Part shown: piece by piece, positions 18,597 to 29,811 of the stretch
Position numbering within the stretch: position 1 is the stretch's first letter
Layout: every line of letters begins with the position of its first letter
From: Oceanispirochaeta sp.
GTDB taxonomy: Bacteria > Spirochaetota > Spirochaetia > DSM-2461
Assembly (NCBI GenBank): GCA_963666275.2
Contig: CAXXOA010000001.1
Span: forward strand, 1,152,001-1,216,000
Length of the DNA: 64,000 bases
Reading direction: 5' to 3'
Notes under the pieces: model-generated
What the model was told of the DNA's origin: nothing
The model's database searches: none
The model's input: only the letters and a program-made list of their open reading frames with translations
Program-made: the position numbers and the translations under genes

Positions 18597-20255
18597 ATGG
18601 GCCGGATACAGAATCAGCGATTCAGTTTATACTACAGAAACGGTTACGCCATTCTCAGGGTTTTTCCCCCTGCATCACCGCAGGAACGCGTTTATGTGGA
18701 AGAGGTGGCAAACCGGATGAAGCTTCTTCAGATTCCCATGGTCAGAATGAAGCTTATTGAAGAGATCATTGAACGGGCCGACGGCGCCCGTGAGAAGCTT
18801 GTGGAATGGCCCGCCGGGGCCAGTCTGAGCCCCCATCTGAATATCCGCATTTCCGAAGACAGAATGCAGGCGGAAATTCTTATCGATCCCCCCCGTGTCG
18901 GAGGGGGGACGGTCACTCAGGAACAGTTTGAACATCTTTTGGACGATAACAGGATCACTTCCGGGATCGACTGGGATGTGGTCTCCTACTGCGTGGAGAA
19001 TGAAACCTACAACAAGTGGCTTATTATTGCCTCGGGCGAGCCGGCCGTCCACGGAAAAGGCGGCAGAATCCGCTATCATTTCAATACCGAAAGGGGCAAA
19101 CCCTTCAAAGAACTCTCCGGCGGCAGAATCGATCTGAAGGAACTCAACTTTATACAGTTTAAGCGGCAGGGGGATCTCCTGGCTCAGAGGCAGGATCCCG
19201 TCCTGCCCCGGGAAGGATTCAATATCTTTGGGGAAACTGTCCCGGCGGAACCCGCCGATGAAGGGGAAACCATGCAGGCCGGTAAAGGGACCGAGTACCG
19301 TGACGGGGCTATTTATGCCCTTGAAGACGGTAATGCCCGGCTTGAAAAAGGGGCTGTTATCATCGAGCCTGTGGTGACTGTCAACAATGTGGATTATGAG
19401 ACTGGCAACCTTGATTTTGACGGTTCTGTGATTGTAAAAGGCGCTGTGGCTGACGGTTTTTCCGTTAGGGTCAGCGGGGATGTGCAGGTGACAAAAAGCG
19501 TCGGCAGGGTTCATATCGAAGCCGGCAGGAATGTGATCCTCCAGTCGGGCATCAACGGTGATAAAGAAGGGAAAATTACTGCCGGCGGAGATATCTACGC
19601 CCGATTTGTAGAAAGTTCCCTTCTGAATTCCGCAGGGAGTCTTATTGTTACAGGTTCAATTCTTCACTCCACATTGAATATTTCGGGGCACCTCCTCCTG
19701 GAAGGGGGGCGCTGTGAAATCCTCGGCGGTCTGGCCATCGTGAAGGGCTGGGTCAAATGCCGGAAAATAGGCAGCCTCTATGAGACAAAGACCAATCTGA
19801 TAGTCGGTGTGGAACCGGAGGAGCTGGAGCAGTTTCTGGATCATCTGAAAAAGATGGAACAGCTGAGAGACCGGCAGGACAACCTGGACAGGCAGATTCA
19901 GTACTACTCCAAAAAGAAAAACTCCCTGGATGAGAAAGACAGTCTGATTCCCTCACAGATTGCGGTCCTTGAAAAGGAGGCCCGCATTGCCGCGGCTGAT
20001 ATCGAAAGGACTCACGAAGCCATCAAGAATATGAGAAAAAACCTGAATCCCGATCCGGACAGCTTTGTTCTGGCTGAAGATATGATCTATACAGGAAGCA
20101 AAATCAGTTTCGGACTTATCGATTTTATACCGGATTCCCGGGGAACCAGGAAAACAATCCTCCAGTGCCGGGAGGGCAGAATAAAGGAAACCGGATATAA
20201 TCCCGCTCAGATCCCCAGGGATATAGCGGAACTGTTGCCGGGAGATATCTCCTAA
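18597..20255 (+). CDS. FapA / DUF342 family protein
   Basis: ISEDRMQA, GRIDLKEL, VDYETGNLDFDGSV beta-helix region, C-terminal coiled coil. Confidence 0.88.
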   Translation: MGRIQNQRFSLYYRNGYAILRVFPPASPQERVYVEEVANRMKLLQIPMVRMKLIEEIIERADGAREKLVEWPAGASLSPHLNIRISEDRMQAEILIDPPRVGGGTVTQEQFEHLLDDNRITSGIDWDVVSYCVENETYNKWLIIASGEPAVHGKGGRIRYHFNTERGKPFKELSGGRIDLKELNFIQFKRQGDLLAQRQDPVLPREGFNIFGETVPAEPADEGETMQAGKGTEYRDGAIYALEDGNARLEKGAVIIEPVVTVNNVDYETGNLDFDGSVIVKGAVADGFSVRVSGDVQVTKSVGRVHIEAGRNVILQSGINGDKEGKITAGGDIYARFVESSLLNSAGSLIVTGSILHSTLNISGHLLLEGGRCEILGGLAIVKGWVKCRKIGSLYETKTNLIVGVEPEELEQFLDHLKKMEQLRDRQDNLDRQIQYYSKKKNSLDEKDSLIPSQIAVLEKEARIAAADIERTHEAIKNMRKNLNPDPDSFVLAEDMIYTGSKISFGLIDFIPDSRGTRKTILQCREGRIKETGYNPAQIPRDIAELLPGDIS

Positions 20256-21136
20256 ACCGCCTTTTTTTTAAGATTTCCCAGAAGTATTCCTCCGACAATG
20301 GTGATCAGTCCCAGCAGGGTGGTCAGAAAAATCTTCTCTTTCAGGATAAGGCTGATCCAGAAGAGTGAGAGAAACGGTGACAGGTATACCAGATTCCCGA
20401 TATCCGCAGACCGGACGGAAAGATGCATAGCCGCTGACCATAAAGCAAAGGTTATTCCCATTTCAAAAAATCCCACATAAATAGTTGCTGTCAGGGCTTT
20501 TGCACTCCATACAGGCGGGGCGGGGGATGTCAGCAGACCTATGAGAAGAAGGACCGGAAGGGCACAGAGGAAGGTCTGAAACAGCCTTATGATCCGGTCG
20601 CCTTCTGTTTTTCGGTTGAATATCCAGTAGGATGCCCAGATCAGGGAGCTGAAAAGGGCCAGAGAGATCCCCGCAAGGGAATAGGAGGACTCTCCCCCGG
20701 AGCCGCTGCTGCTGATGAGCAGAACTCCGGCAAAACAGAGCCCCAGAGAAACAAAATCCAGAAGCTGAATCTTCTGACCCAGCAGGGGCGCTGAAAGGAG
20801 TATCAGTACGATGGGCCAGGTATAGTTCAGAGGCTGGGCTATCTGAGCCGGCAGCAGTTCGTAGCTTCTGAAGAGGACAAGATAGTAGAACACGGGATTC
20901 AGAAGCCCCAGTGCAAAAGACTGAAGCCACTGATTTCTTCCGGATTTCAGCAGTTCTCCTGTTCTTTTTCTCAAAAGAATGATGAGGAAAAGGGCCAGAA
21001 CCGACCAGAGGGTGGAGAATGCCAGCAGGTAGAAGGCATTCATGTATGTCAGGGCGATTTTAAAGGCTGTTGCCACTGTAGACCAGAGAAGAACGGCTGA
21101 AAGGGCAAAAAACAGCGCTCTGCCGGGGGCTTTCAA
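20252..21136 (-). CDS. DMT/EamA family transporter
   Basis: About 10 TM; LWSTVATAFK, AQPLNYTWP, YLSPFLSL. Confidence 0.9.
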   Translation of the reverse strand: MKAPGRALFFALSAVLLWSTVATAFKIALTYMNAFYLLAFSTLWSVLALFLIILLRKRTGELLKSGRNQWLQSFALGLLNPVFYYLVLFRSYELLPAQIAQPLNYTWPIVLILLSAPLLGQKIQLLDFVSLGLCFAGVLLISSSGSGGESSYSLAGISLALFSSLIWASYWIFNRKTEGDRIIRLFQTFLCALPVLLLIGLLTSPAPPVWSAKALTATIYVGFFEMGITFALWSAAMHLSVRSADIGNLVYLSPFLSLFWISLILKEKIFLTTLLGLITIVGGILLGNLKKKAV

Positions 21137-21855
21137 CTTTTTTCCTTCAGGTACTGTATTTTCCGGAAGACCTTTTCCATATGCCGGGCTTCTTTCAGAC
21201 TGAGCCCCGCCCGGGCAAAGATGTCCCGGAAGTACTGTTTTGTCCCGAACCGGTCGGCTTTATCAAAATATCCAATGGTCTGAAGAGTGGAGTTGATAGT
21301 TTCGGAGAGTTCCTCTATCACAGAAAGCTCCACAGGCTGATACTGCCCGACTTTTTTTTCGCTCTGCCTGTAGAAAACATAGGAAAGGATCTGAACCGCA
21401 TGGGAGAGGTTCAAAGAGGGGTTTGCCGGATCGGCCGGTATATGACAGGCGGTTGTGCAGGCCGCCAGCTCCTCATCACTGAGGCCGTTTTTCTCATTTC
21501 CGAAGATCAGGGCAATGGTCCCCTCCGAATAGGACGCGGCTTTTTCCGCCAGTTCTTCAGGCAGATAGGAAAAGTACTTCCGGCGGCTGCCCCGCCTTCT
21601 TGTGATTCCTGCGGCCAGGACCGTATCTGCCAGGGCTTCCGGCAGAGTGGCGTATCTCTCCGCCATTTCGAAGACAGGCAGGGCGTGAATGGCCATATCC
21701 CGGAGATGTTTCCGGTTCAGTTCCGATACATCTCCTACCAGAGCCAGACGGTGGAGCCCCATATTTTCCATGACCCGGCAGACCGAACCCACATTCAGGC
21801 CCCCTTCGGGACGGCATAGAACAATTTTTATTCTGTTCAGAAAATCATTATCCAT
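21133..21855 (-). CDS. TrmJ/LasT-type SPOUT RNA methyltransferase
   Basis: NVGSVCRVMENMG, FGNEKNGLS, SLNLSHAVQ. Confidence 0.88.
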   Translation of the reverse strand: MDNDFLNRIKIVLCRPEGGLNVGSVCRVMENMGLHRLALVGDVSELNRKHLRDMAIHALPVFEMAERYATLPEALADTVLAAGITRRRGSRRKYFSYLPEELAEKAASYSEGTIALIFGNEKNGLSDEELAACTTACHIPADPANPSLNLSHAVQILSYVFYRQSEKKVGQYQPVELSVIEELSETINSTLQTIGYFDKADRFGTKQYFRDIFARAGLSLKEARHMEKVFRKIQYLKEKS

Positions 21856-21982
21856 AACCTAAAAGATATAACAGATTCTACTCCTTTTGAGAATCTTATT
21901 CATCCGTTTTATACTATACCTTTCCGGAGTGTCTGCTGAACAATACATCATTTTCAGGAGGGTTCACTCCGGGGCCTGGAGC

Positions 21983-23800
21983 CTATAAAGGCCGGCTGAA
22001 TATATACTCCATGAATACATCCAGAAGATCCGGATCAAAGAGTTTTCCCTTCTGGTTTTGCATAAACTCCCGGGTCTCTTCAATGGTAAATCCTTTCCTG
22101 TAGGGGCGGTCTTCTGTTATCGCATCAAATACATCGGCAATAGTGATGACCCGTGCCGCCAGGGGGATATCCTTTCCAGACAAACCTTCAGGATATCCTG
22201 TGCCGTCCCAGCGTTCGTGATGGTATAAAACAATATCCCGGACAGTCTGGAAATCCGGAACATCTTTGAGAATCTCGAATCCTCTGGAAGGGTGACTTTT
22301 AATTCGAGCGAATTCCTCATCACTTAGTTTGCCAGGTTTATCCAGAATATATTCGGGAATCGCGATTTTTCCTATATCATGCAGCAGGGCACCCATCCTG
22401 ATTCTATCCGAGAGATCCCTTTCCAGCCGGGCTGCCAGAGCAAGCCCCTCGGCCAGTTCGGCTACTCTGTCGCTATGACCGGCGGTCCAGCGGGATTTGG
22501 CATCCACGCTCCTTGTGAGGGAGAGGAAGAGCGCCTTATAGAGATCCTCCCGTTTTTCCATGTCCCTGAGGCTTTTCAGTGCCACACCGGCCTGATCGCT
22601 GAGCATAATAAGAGCTTCCCGGTCATGATCGCTCAGCTTTTCAAGTGAGATTATAAACACCCCGACAAACTGCTCCTCCTGGAGGAGGGGAATGCTGTAT
22701 ATCATGGAAAGGAGTTTTCCTCCGGGGATTACCTGTATTTTGTCGGGAAGGTTCACATGGGCGAATTCCAGGGGCTCTCCGGCGCTGGACAAAAGCTGTT
22801 TCGGAAGATCCTCATTCTTAATGAGCTTGTTTTCAAGTTCCGGAGTCCTCGGGGCTGTGGCAATAATCTGATACCCCTGGGGGACTTTCTCAAGGAGGGT
22901 CACTCCCGCCCGGTTGAACTGTTCTGAAATCAACCCTGTCACATCGTAAAGGAGTTGTCTGCGGGAAAGGGAGGAGAGTACAGCTCTGTCTATGCTGTTC
23001 ATTGTATTCATGGTCTGTATCCTGTGACGGATATTGCCTGCCATAATTTCCATGGCTCGGCAGAGCTGGCCTATATCATCCTTTCTTGAACAGTGCAGTT
23101 CAACATCCAGTTCTCCCTTTGCTATGGCAATGGCTTTATCAGCCATATACCTGATGGGCTTCACTAGCCTTGTGGCAAACAGAGACCCCAGCAGTGTCGA
23201 CAGGATGAGGACAGAAAAACTGAATGTAATGATCACATTTTTCTGCTGTTTTATAAAGTAAAGTAATCCGTCATGGCTGTGGGTTAGCCGGATTATATAG
23301 GTATTTCTATCAAAGGGAGAGGTTATATCAATAAAGATACTTTTACTCCCTTTCTGTCCGAAGTAGGGTTCCGAATCCAGGTCCACCCCTTTTCTGACGG
23401 CCCTTTCCAGTGCCAGCTTCAATTCTCTGCTATTGATTATAGTTCCGATCGGAACAGGAGCGGAAGATGCCATGACAGACCATTCAGAAGTATTTTCCTC
23501 CCTCATATAGAGGTTGAAGTGAAAATCCTCCAGATCCTCCGCAGGAAGGAATTTTTTCATCCGTTCCAGATAGAGAGTCCCTTTTTCGGGATGGCTTATA
23601 AAGGCGTCATATAGCCAGTCTTCTTCCGCATTGTTGTTGAAAAAGATCTCTTCAATGCCCTTTCGGGACTCCATCAGCAGTTTGACACTTGTAAAAAAGG
23701 TTGCCGACAGAAAAGAGAAATATCCTATTACAAGCCCGAAGAGTATAAACATAAGGGTGTGCTTGAAATGAAGAAGCTTGGAGGCAATACGGAATTCCAT
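21983..23800 (-). CDS. Membrane sensor-HAMP-GAF-HD-GYP phosphodiesterase
   Basis: 2 TM, HAMP (DDIGQL), TAGHSDRV, LLHDIGK, HHERWDGTGYP, RPYR. Confidence 0.9.
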   Translation of the reverse strand: MEFRIASKLLHFKHTLMFILFGLVIGYFSFLSATFFTSVKLLMESRKGIEEIFFNNNAEEDWLYDAFISHPEKGTLYLERMKKFLPAEDLEDFHFNLYMREENTSEWSVMASSAPVPIGTIINSRELKLALERAVRKGVDLDSEPYFGQKGSKSIFIDITSPFDRNTYIIRLTHSHDGLLYFIKQQKNVIITFSFSVLILSTLLGSLFATRLVKPIRYMADKAIAIAKGELDVELHCSRKDDIGQLCRAMEIMAGNIRHRIQTMNTMNSIDRAVLSSLSRRQLLYDVTGLISEQFNRAGVTLLEKVPQGYQIIATAPRTPELENKLIKNEDLPKQLLSSAGEPLEFAHVNLPDKIQVIPGGKLLSMIYSIPLLQEEQFVGVFIISLEKLSDHDREALIMLSDQAGVALKSLRDMEKREDLYKALFLSLTRSVDAKSRWTAGHSDRVAELAEGLALAARLERDLSDRIRMGALLHDIGKIAIPEYILDKPGKLSDEEFARIKSHPSRGFEILKDVPDFQTVRDIVLYHHERWDGTGYPEGLSGKDIPLAARVITIADVFDAITEDRPYRKGFTIEETREFMQNQKGKLFDPDLLDVFMEYIFSRPL

Positions 23801-23873
23801 AATAAAAAAATAGACAATACACCCGGGTTAAACAAGCTAAAAGTATGAATATGTTATGAAGCTTCTATGATTT

Positions 23874-24635
23874 TTAAGATTTCCTGTGCCAGATGAAATG
23901 GGTGTGTTCTCCCAGGCTGCTGAAGGGATCTGTTCTGTAGTGGAGGGATTCCTGTTCCACCCATTGGCTGCAGTCCATTTCAGGGGGCTTCCACTGGAGG
24001 AAAAAGCCCTGGAAAATCCTGATTCCCGACTGAAGAAGGATCTCTCCGGGAGGCCCCTCCTGCAGGATCTTCCTGATTTCTCCGGAACTCAGGGCGCCGG
24101 GGGGTGTGAGCTTCCTTTTTTTCTCCGGATGCTTTTTTCTCCTCACAAGCTGACCGTTGATCCCCTGTTTTAAAAGCATCTTATCTTTGTTGAAAACCAG
24201 AAGTGAGAGGTATCCTCCCGGGGCGGTCATTTCCATCATCGAACGGATGGTCCCGGAGGGGTTGCCTGTCCATTCGGCCGCTCCGTGGAGCAATACCAGA
24301 TCATACAGGCCCTGTTCCCCGGGAGTGAGGGTTTCAAGATCCTGATGGATAAGGTCTATCCGGTTCTGAAAGCCTGTCCGGATATTTTCCTCTTCCGCCA
24401 GGCCCAGCATGGTTTGTGAAAGATCACAGAGATGGATTTTATGGCCTCTGGCCGCACAGATCCGGGAGAACCGGCCTGATCCGCCGCCGGCGTCCAGGAT
24501 CTTCAGTTCCTTCTCTTCTGTGAAAGAGGGGACGGTATCGCAGAGATCCTTCTCCAGCAGGGTAAGGCGGATGCGGCCCTTGCAGGAGTTATAGACTTTT
24601 TTTTCCAGCCTTACGGCAAGGGCATCAAAATTCAT
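23874..24635 (-). CDS. Class I SAM methyltransferase, SmtA/CmoM-like
   Basis: NFDALA...VY...KGRIRL N-terminus and ILDAGGGSG motif; start trimmed to ATG 24635 because the longer ORF overlaps the divergent gene. Confidence 0.8.
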   Translation of the reverse strand: MNFDALAVRLEKKVYNSCKGRIRLTLLEKDLCDTVPSFTEEKELKILDAGGGSGRFSRICAARGHKIHLCDLSQTMLGLAEEENIRTGFQNRIDLIHQDLETLTPGEQGLYDLVLLHGAAEWTGNPSGTIRSMMEMTAPGGYLSLLVFNKDKMLLKQGINGQLVRRKKHPEKKRKLTPPGALSSGEIRKILQEGPPGEILLQSGIRIFQGFFLQWKPPEMDCSQWVEQESLHYRTDPFSSLGEHTHFIWHRKS

Positions 24636-24710
24636 ACAGATCGATATTTTACAAAAAAATCCCTGAAAAATCCAAGCGCCCTGAATGAAGCTCTGATAAG
24701 GTAAAACTCT

Positions 24711-27464
24711 ATGAAACTCTACTGTATTGCCTGCGGTGTATTCCGAAAAGATCTGGAACGCCTCTCTCCCGGATTTTCTGTGCCTGTTACGATTGAATAT
24801 CTGGAGGGAGGGCTCCATACCAATCCGGGGCTCCTGAGAAAAGAGCTCCAGAAGAGTATAGACCGGGTTCCCCCGGAATATGACAGGATTATCCTCCTCT
24901 ACGGAACCTGCGGGAAAGGGGTGGTGGGGCTGAGTTCCCCGGGTTGTGAACTTGTGATCCCACGGGTGCACGACTGCATCAGCCTTTTTCTGGGCGGTAC
25001 GGGGGAGTATCTGAAGCAGTTTACAAGAAAACCCGGGACCTACTACATTTCGGCCGGCTGGTACGAAGAGCAGGTTCAGCCCCGGGGAAAGCAGAAAAGT
25101 GCCAGGTTTCCCGCCGAGTATGTGGACACGACGGATAAAAAGGTTCTCCGGGAAAGATTCGGAGACGAGAACGCCAGAGAGATCTCGGAATTCTTTGATT
25201 CCTGGCAAAAGAACTACTCCCGAGCGGTCTATATCCATTCCGGTACTGATGCTGAAGCTCGCTATGAGGCCCATGCCCGGAATATGGCTGAGCAGATGGG
25301 TTGGGAGTATACCCGGCTGGAAGGTTCTGATGATCTGATAAGCCGCTGTTTCGAGCCCGCTATCCGGGGGGAGGATATTCTGATTGTCCCCCGGGGAAGA
25401 AAAACAGTCTTCGATACAGTCTCCTCCTCTGTGGCGGTTGAGACGGACAGTGCCGGAGGTATGGGCCTTGAGGATCGGGTTCTCAGGGATTCAGACGACG
25501 GGACGGCCCAGCAAAAGGAGGAGTCCCGCTACTCTCTGGGGCTGGGAATCGATGCCGGGGGAACCTATACCGATGCGGTGCTCTTCAGTTTTGAGGATAA
25601 CCGGGTCCTTGCCAAATCCAAAGCGCTCACCACAAAATGGCAGTATTCTCAGGGAATCATGGAAGCGGTCAGGTCCCTGAGTGCCGAATCCCTGGCTGAA
25701 GTGGATCTGATCAGCCTTTCTACGACGCTTGTAACTAATGCCATTGTCGAATCCAATACCCAGCCGGTGGGGCTTTTTGTGATGCCTCCGGGCAAACTGG
25801 GAGCCCATGAAATCGATCATTCCCCTTTTGCCGTCGTGAAGGGCAGGATGTCCATCGACGGGACCCTTCAGGAACCGGCAGATCCCGATGAAATCCGGCA
25901 AAAAGCCCTGGACATGGTCCGGAGTCACGGCGTGAAGGCTTTTGCCGTCTCGGGTTACGGAGGATCGGTCAATCCGGTTCTGGAACTGCAGGTGAAAGAG
26001 ATTCTGAGGGAAACCACGGGGCTTGATGTGTGCTGCGGCCATGAACTCTCGGGATCCCTGAACTTCTATGTCCGGGCCAGAACTGCGGTTCTCAATGCCG
26101 GCACCATTCCCATAATGGAGGAGTTTCTGTCGGAAATGCGGAAGGCACTGAGTCAGGCCGGATTAAGGGCTCCTCTGCTGGTTGTCCGGGGCGACGGTTC
26201 TGTCATGACCGGAGAATATGCCAGCGACTTCCCGGTACAGACCGCCCTTTCGGGGCCAGCCGCCAGTATGGCGGGAGCCCGTTACCTGGAAGGTCTGGAG
26301 AACGCCCTTGTGGCTGATGTGGGGGGGACCACAACGGATATTGGATTCCTGTCGGACGGGAGAGTGAATATCTGCGATGACGGGGCCAGAATCGGTGACT
26401 GGATGACCCATGTGAGAGCCGTGGATATGACCACAGTCGGCCTGGGGGGCGATAGCGAGATCCTCTTTGACAGCAGACAATGGCTGATCGGTCCCAGACG
26501 GATAACCCCGTTTGTATGGCTGGACAACCATTATGATTTAAGTGAATCCTTTGAGTTCCTCTCTGAATCGGCCGAACTCCCCGAGGAGAATATGAAAGCC
26601 TTTCAGTGGCTCTGCCTCACAGGGAAAGAACCGGATTTTGAACTGACCCGGCAGGAGAGCCGGATCATGGAACTCCTCTCCCGGGGGCCTTTTTCTGTCA
26701 GAAAACTGGGGTTTGAGCTTGCCGAGGGGGTCTGGAAAAACCTCAGAACAGAGAGGCTTGAAAACTCCTGCTGCCTCCTCCGTTCGGGGCTGACTCCTAC
26801 GGATCTGTTTCATCTGGAGGGAACCCTTTCTCTCTGGAAAACTCAGCATCTGGCAGGGTATTTCAGTTTCATCAGCCGCATATCCGGTCTTACTGAACCT
26901 GTACTTCTGACAGACCTGAAAACACTGATCAGCCGGAAAGCCGGAGGGGCCCTTCTGGGCCGGATCTTTCCTGACCACTCCGATCGGGATCAGCAGACCC
27001 TTCTGGACAGGGGCAACTCCTGGGCTTCTGTCAGATTGGAGTTGAATGTTCCTGTTGTCGGCCTGGGGGCATCTGCGGGTCTCCTCCTGAAAGACGGGAC
27101 CGAGGCCATCGGGGGAACGCTGATCCTGCCGGAGCACGGAGATGTGGCCAATGCGGTGGGAGCCGTGACAAGCCTTGTTTCGGTGTCTCTGAAAGCGTCC
27201 ATCCTTCCCACGCCGGCAGGTTTCTACAGAATTACAGGGCCGGTTATCGAACATGAAGACTTTGAGAGGATCGAAGAGGCGGAAGAGCAGGCCCTGGTCC
27301 TCCTCAGAAGGGGCATCATCGAAAAAGCCAGGGCTGCCGGAACAAGTTCCCGGTCTGTCAGGATTACAATCTCAAACAAAACGGCAGAAACCGCAGGGGG
27401 TGACCTTCTGTTTCTGGAGAGAATTCTGACAGCCCAACTGGAAGGAATTCCCGATCTGGTTTGA
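24711..27464 (+). CDS. DUF1638 domain fused to hydantoinase/oxoprolinase A-type domain
   Basis: N-terminal IACGVF, GLH..P, YGTCG, PRVHDCI; then GIDAGGTYTD, LSGPAAS, DVGGTTTDI, GLGGDS, ANAVGA. Confidence 0.85.
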   Translation: MKLYCIACGVFRKDLERLSPGFSVPVTIEYLEGGLHTNPGLLRKELQKSIDRVPPEYDRIILLYGTCGKGVVGLSSPGCELVIPRVHDCISLFLGGTGEYLKQFTRKPGTYYISAGWYEEQVQPRGKQKSARFPAEYVDTTDKKVLRERFGDENAREISEFFDSWQKNYSRAVYIHSGTDAEARYEAHARNMAEQMGWEYTRLEGSDDLISRCFEPAIRGEDILIVPRGRKTVFDTVSSSVAVETDSAGGMGLEDRVLRDSDDGTAQQKEESRYSLGLGIDAGGTYTDAVLFSFEDNRVLAKSKALTTKWQYSQGIMEAVRSLSAESLAEVDLISLSTTLVTNAIVESNTQPVGLFVMPPGKLGAHEIDHSPFAVVKGRMSIDGTLQEPADPDEIRQKALDMVRSHGVKAFAVSGYGGSVNPVLELQVKEILRETTGLDVCCGHELSGSLNFYVRARTAVLNAGTIPIMEEFLSEMRKALSQAGLRAPLLVVRGDGSVMTGEYASDFPVQTALSGPAASMAGARYLEGLENALVADVGGTTTDIGFLSDGRVNICDDGARIGDWMTHVRAVDMTTVGLGGDSEILFDSRQWLIGPRRITPFVWLDNHYDLSESFEFLSESAELPEENMKAFQWLCLTGKEPDFELTRQESRIMELLSRGPFSVRKLGFELAEGVWKNLRTERLENSCCLLRSGLTPTDLFHLEGTLSLWKTQHLAGYFSFISRISGLTEPVLLTDLKTLISRKAGGALLGRIFPDHSDRDQQTLLDRGNSWASVRLELNVPVVGLGASAGLLLKDGTEAIGGTLILPEHGDVANAVGAVTSLVSVSLKASILPTPAGFYRITGPVIEHEDFERIEEAEEQALVLLRRGIIEKARAAGTSSRSVRITISNKTAETAGGDLLFLERILTAQLEGIPDLV

Positions 27465-27568
27465 AAAACCTTTCACTTCCCCCGGATATATGGTATTTTT
27501 TATGAAGCGAAAATTTCTTTCATATATAAAATATTATTTAAAAATGTCATTCATTAATCGAGGGATGT

Positions 27569-29452
27569 ATGAGAAATAAATTATTTTACCAGATGATCAC
27601 CACCCTGCCGGGGGGGTTTCTGTTTGCAATTCAAATTGTTACTTTTCTTTATTTTATTGAAGTCTCAGAGTCTGATATGAGAAGGCTTCTGCCGTTTTAT
27701 ATCATAGGCGCCATACTCTTTCTTCTCTTCATCTCTTTATCCGTCAGGTTTTCAGGGAAAATCCTCTTTAAGGACATTGAGCCTATAAGGCAGGATTCCA
27801 GGGCCATGGCTGACTATCTGGAAAAACTCGGAAAAGCTCCTTTGAAAACCATGATCATCCTTATCCTGGTCTATACTCTCGGTCAATCCGTATTTTTTCT
27901 TATTAACTATACTCAGACTATGATCAATGTCTCCATAAATCTGACTTTTACCGGTCTGATGATGGGATACTCCCTTCTGGCCAGCGGGTATTCCTATGTG
28001 TTTCTGGATAATTTTGTCATGAAGCATCTTAACAGCCGGGAAATCACGCGCTATCCGCTGGATAAAGTCATTACCCGTCAGAAGGCTAAACACCTGATAG
28101 TGCCTATCTTTTTCATGATCATTACTCTGATCGTCACTCTTTTCCTGTCCATGCTGACAATTTATGATGCTCCCCTGGCCGTCAGGGGGAATAATCAGCT
28201 TATATTTCAGTATCTTTTCAAAAAAACATTTCTGGCTCAGCTTGTGTATATATCACTGATAGCCCTCCTTGTGATCCGATGGGCCGGGAATAACTCCCTT
28301 CTGTATAAAATGATAGCAGAAAGGCTGAAGGATATGGTTTCCAAGGATAAAGACCTGACCCGCAGGATCAATATCTCTTCCATTGACGAACTGGCCACCA
28401 TCAGCCGCTATGTCAATGATTTCAGCGATATGATCAGAGATCACCTGAGAGAGACAGGAGAGGTTTACAGCATCCTTGATGAGAATCAGAAAGAGCTTTC
28501 CGCCCGGGTCGGAGAGTCCGCTTCCACTATGGGAGAGATTTCAGGTCTGCTTGAAAAAACCATAAAGTCCATCGCTTCGGTGGATCAGATAGTCAAGAAG
28601 AACAGAATCACGGGAAAATCTCTGGCTGAAAACGTCTCCCATACTGTAAGACAGGTGGAAATGCAGACCAGCAGTGTGGCTGAATCCTCTGCTGCGGTGG
28701 AGGAGATGATTGCTTCCATCACAGAAGTTACAAGAAGGACCGAGAACGTCAAAGCCAATACGGATGAACTGGTGCAGTCTTTCCGGGAAGGAGAAGAAAA
28801 GGTCAACAGTACCATCTCTTCCATTACAGGGGTGGCAGAACTGTCAGAGAGCCTTATGTCTGTTAACAACCTGATTTCCGGTATCGCCGCCAGGACAAAC
28901 CTGCTTGCCATGAATGCCGCTATTGAAGCCGCCCATGCAGGCGATGCGGGGAGGGGATTTTCCGTGGTGGCCGATGAAATCCGGAAGCTGGCTGAAAATA
29001 CAGCCTCCCATACAAAATCCAGCGGAGAGAATCTCAGAAGAATTCTGGAGGAGATCCAGGTCTCTTTAAAAGATGCCCAGTCCACCGGGGGAGCCTTCAA
29101 ACAGATGAAGGAAGGGGTCCTTCAGATACAGGATGAAACCCTCTCTATTTCCGAATCCATGAGTGAGCACGATAAAGCCAACAGGACTGTTCTGAGTCAG
29201 CTGATGCAGACTCGGGAACTGGCCAATAATCTGAATGAAATTGCCTCTGTGATTACTGAACAGAGTCAGGCCATGATCGCGGACCTGAAGGTACTGGATG
29301 ATGAATCCGATGCCTCTCTTGTTTACGGTGCGGATATGCAGGAGAAGAACAGGGTCATACTGCAGGGACTGAAACAGCTTCAGGAGGTTTCCGACAAAAC
29401 CGAAATTCTGAACAGAAAAACAAGGCAGCTCATAGATTCATTTAAACTTTAG
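27569..29452 (+). CDS. Methyl-accepting chemotaxis protein with multi-TM N-terminus
   Basis: About 6 TM, HAMP (DLTRRI...DELA), [34 protein letters not shown]. Confidence 0.93.
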   Translation: MRNKLFYQMITTLPGGFLFAIQIVTFLYFIEVSESDMRRLLPFYIIGAILFLLFISLSVRFSGKILFKDIEPIRQDSRAMADYLEKLGKAPLKTMIILILVYTLGQSVFFLINYTQTMINVSINLTFTGLMMGYSLLASGYSYVFLDNFVMKHLNSREITRYPLDKVITRQKAKHLIVPIFFMIITLIVTLFLSMLTIYDAPLAVRGNNQLIFQYLFKKTFLAQLVYISLIALLVIRWAGNNSLLYKMIAERLKDMVSKDKDLTRRINISSIDELATISRYVNDFSDMIRDHLRETGEVYSILDENQKELSARVGESASTMGEISGLLEKTIKSIASVDQIVKKNRITGKSLAENVSHTVRQVEMQTSSVAESSAAVEEMIASITEVTRRTENVKANTDELVQSFREGEEKVNSTISSITGVAELSESLMSVNNLISGIAARTNLLAMNAAIEAAHAGDAGRGFSVVADEIRKLAENTASHTKSSGENLRRILEEIQVSLKDAQSTGGAFKQMKEGVLQIQDETLSISESMSEHDKANRTVLSQLMQTRELANNLNEIASVITEQSQAMIADLKVLDDESDASLVYGADMQEKNRVILQGLKQLQEVSDKTEILNRKTRQLIDSFKL

Positions 29453-29547
29453 TTCCTCGATGCCATAAAAAAGAAGTTGACCATCCGGTCAAAAGAATTG
29501 AGAATGGTACAGAAAAAATATTTCAAAAATGTACAGAGAGGTAGGCA

Positions 29548-29766
29548 ATGGCAGAATGCGAGTTTCTTGAAAAATGCCCTTTTTTTAACGACAAGCTGGA
29601 AAAGAAGGCAGAAGCCGGAGAGTTGAAGGAAAAATACTGCAGCACAAACAATCTGCACTGTGCCAGATATATGGTCAGTACATCTGTTGGTCCGGATTAT
29701 GTCGAGAAGGATCTTATGCCGGATGAAAAAATGCGGGCTTACGGTATTATAGCCGAAAACAGCTGA
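29548..29766 (+). CDS. Small 4-Cys hypothetical protein
   Basis: C-x5-CPFF...YC-x6-CARY pattern; GAGG SD. Confidence 0.75.
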   Translation: MAECEFLEKCPFFNDKLEKKAEAGELKEKYCSTNNLHCARYMVSTSVGPDYVEKDLMPDEKMRAYGIIAENS

Positions 29767-29811
29767 AAAACCTTGTTGCTTCCGTAGAAGCTCTGCATTA
29801 TAGTCAATACC

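Noticed and set aside
24636..25274. 213-aa N-terminal extension of the methyltransferase ORF
   Set aside because: Antisense to the DUF1638 coding region
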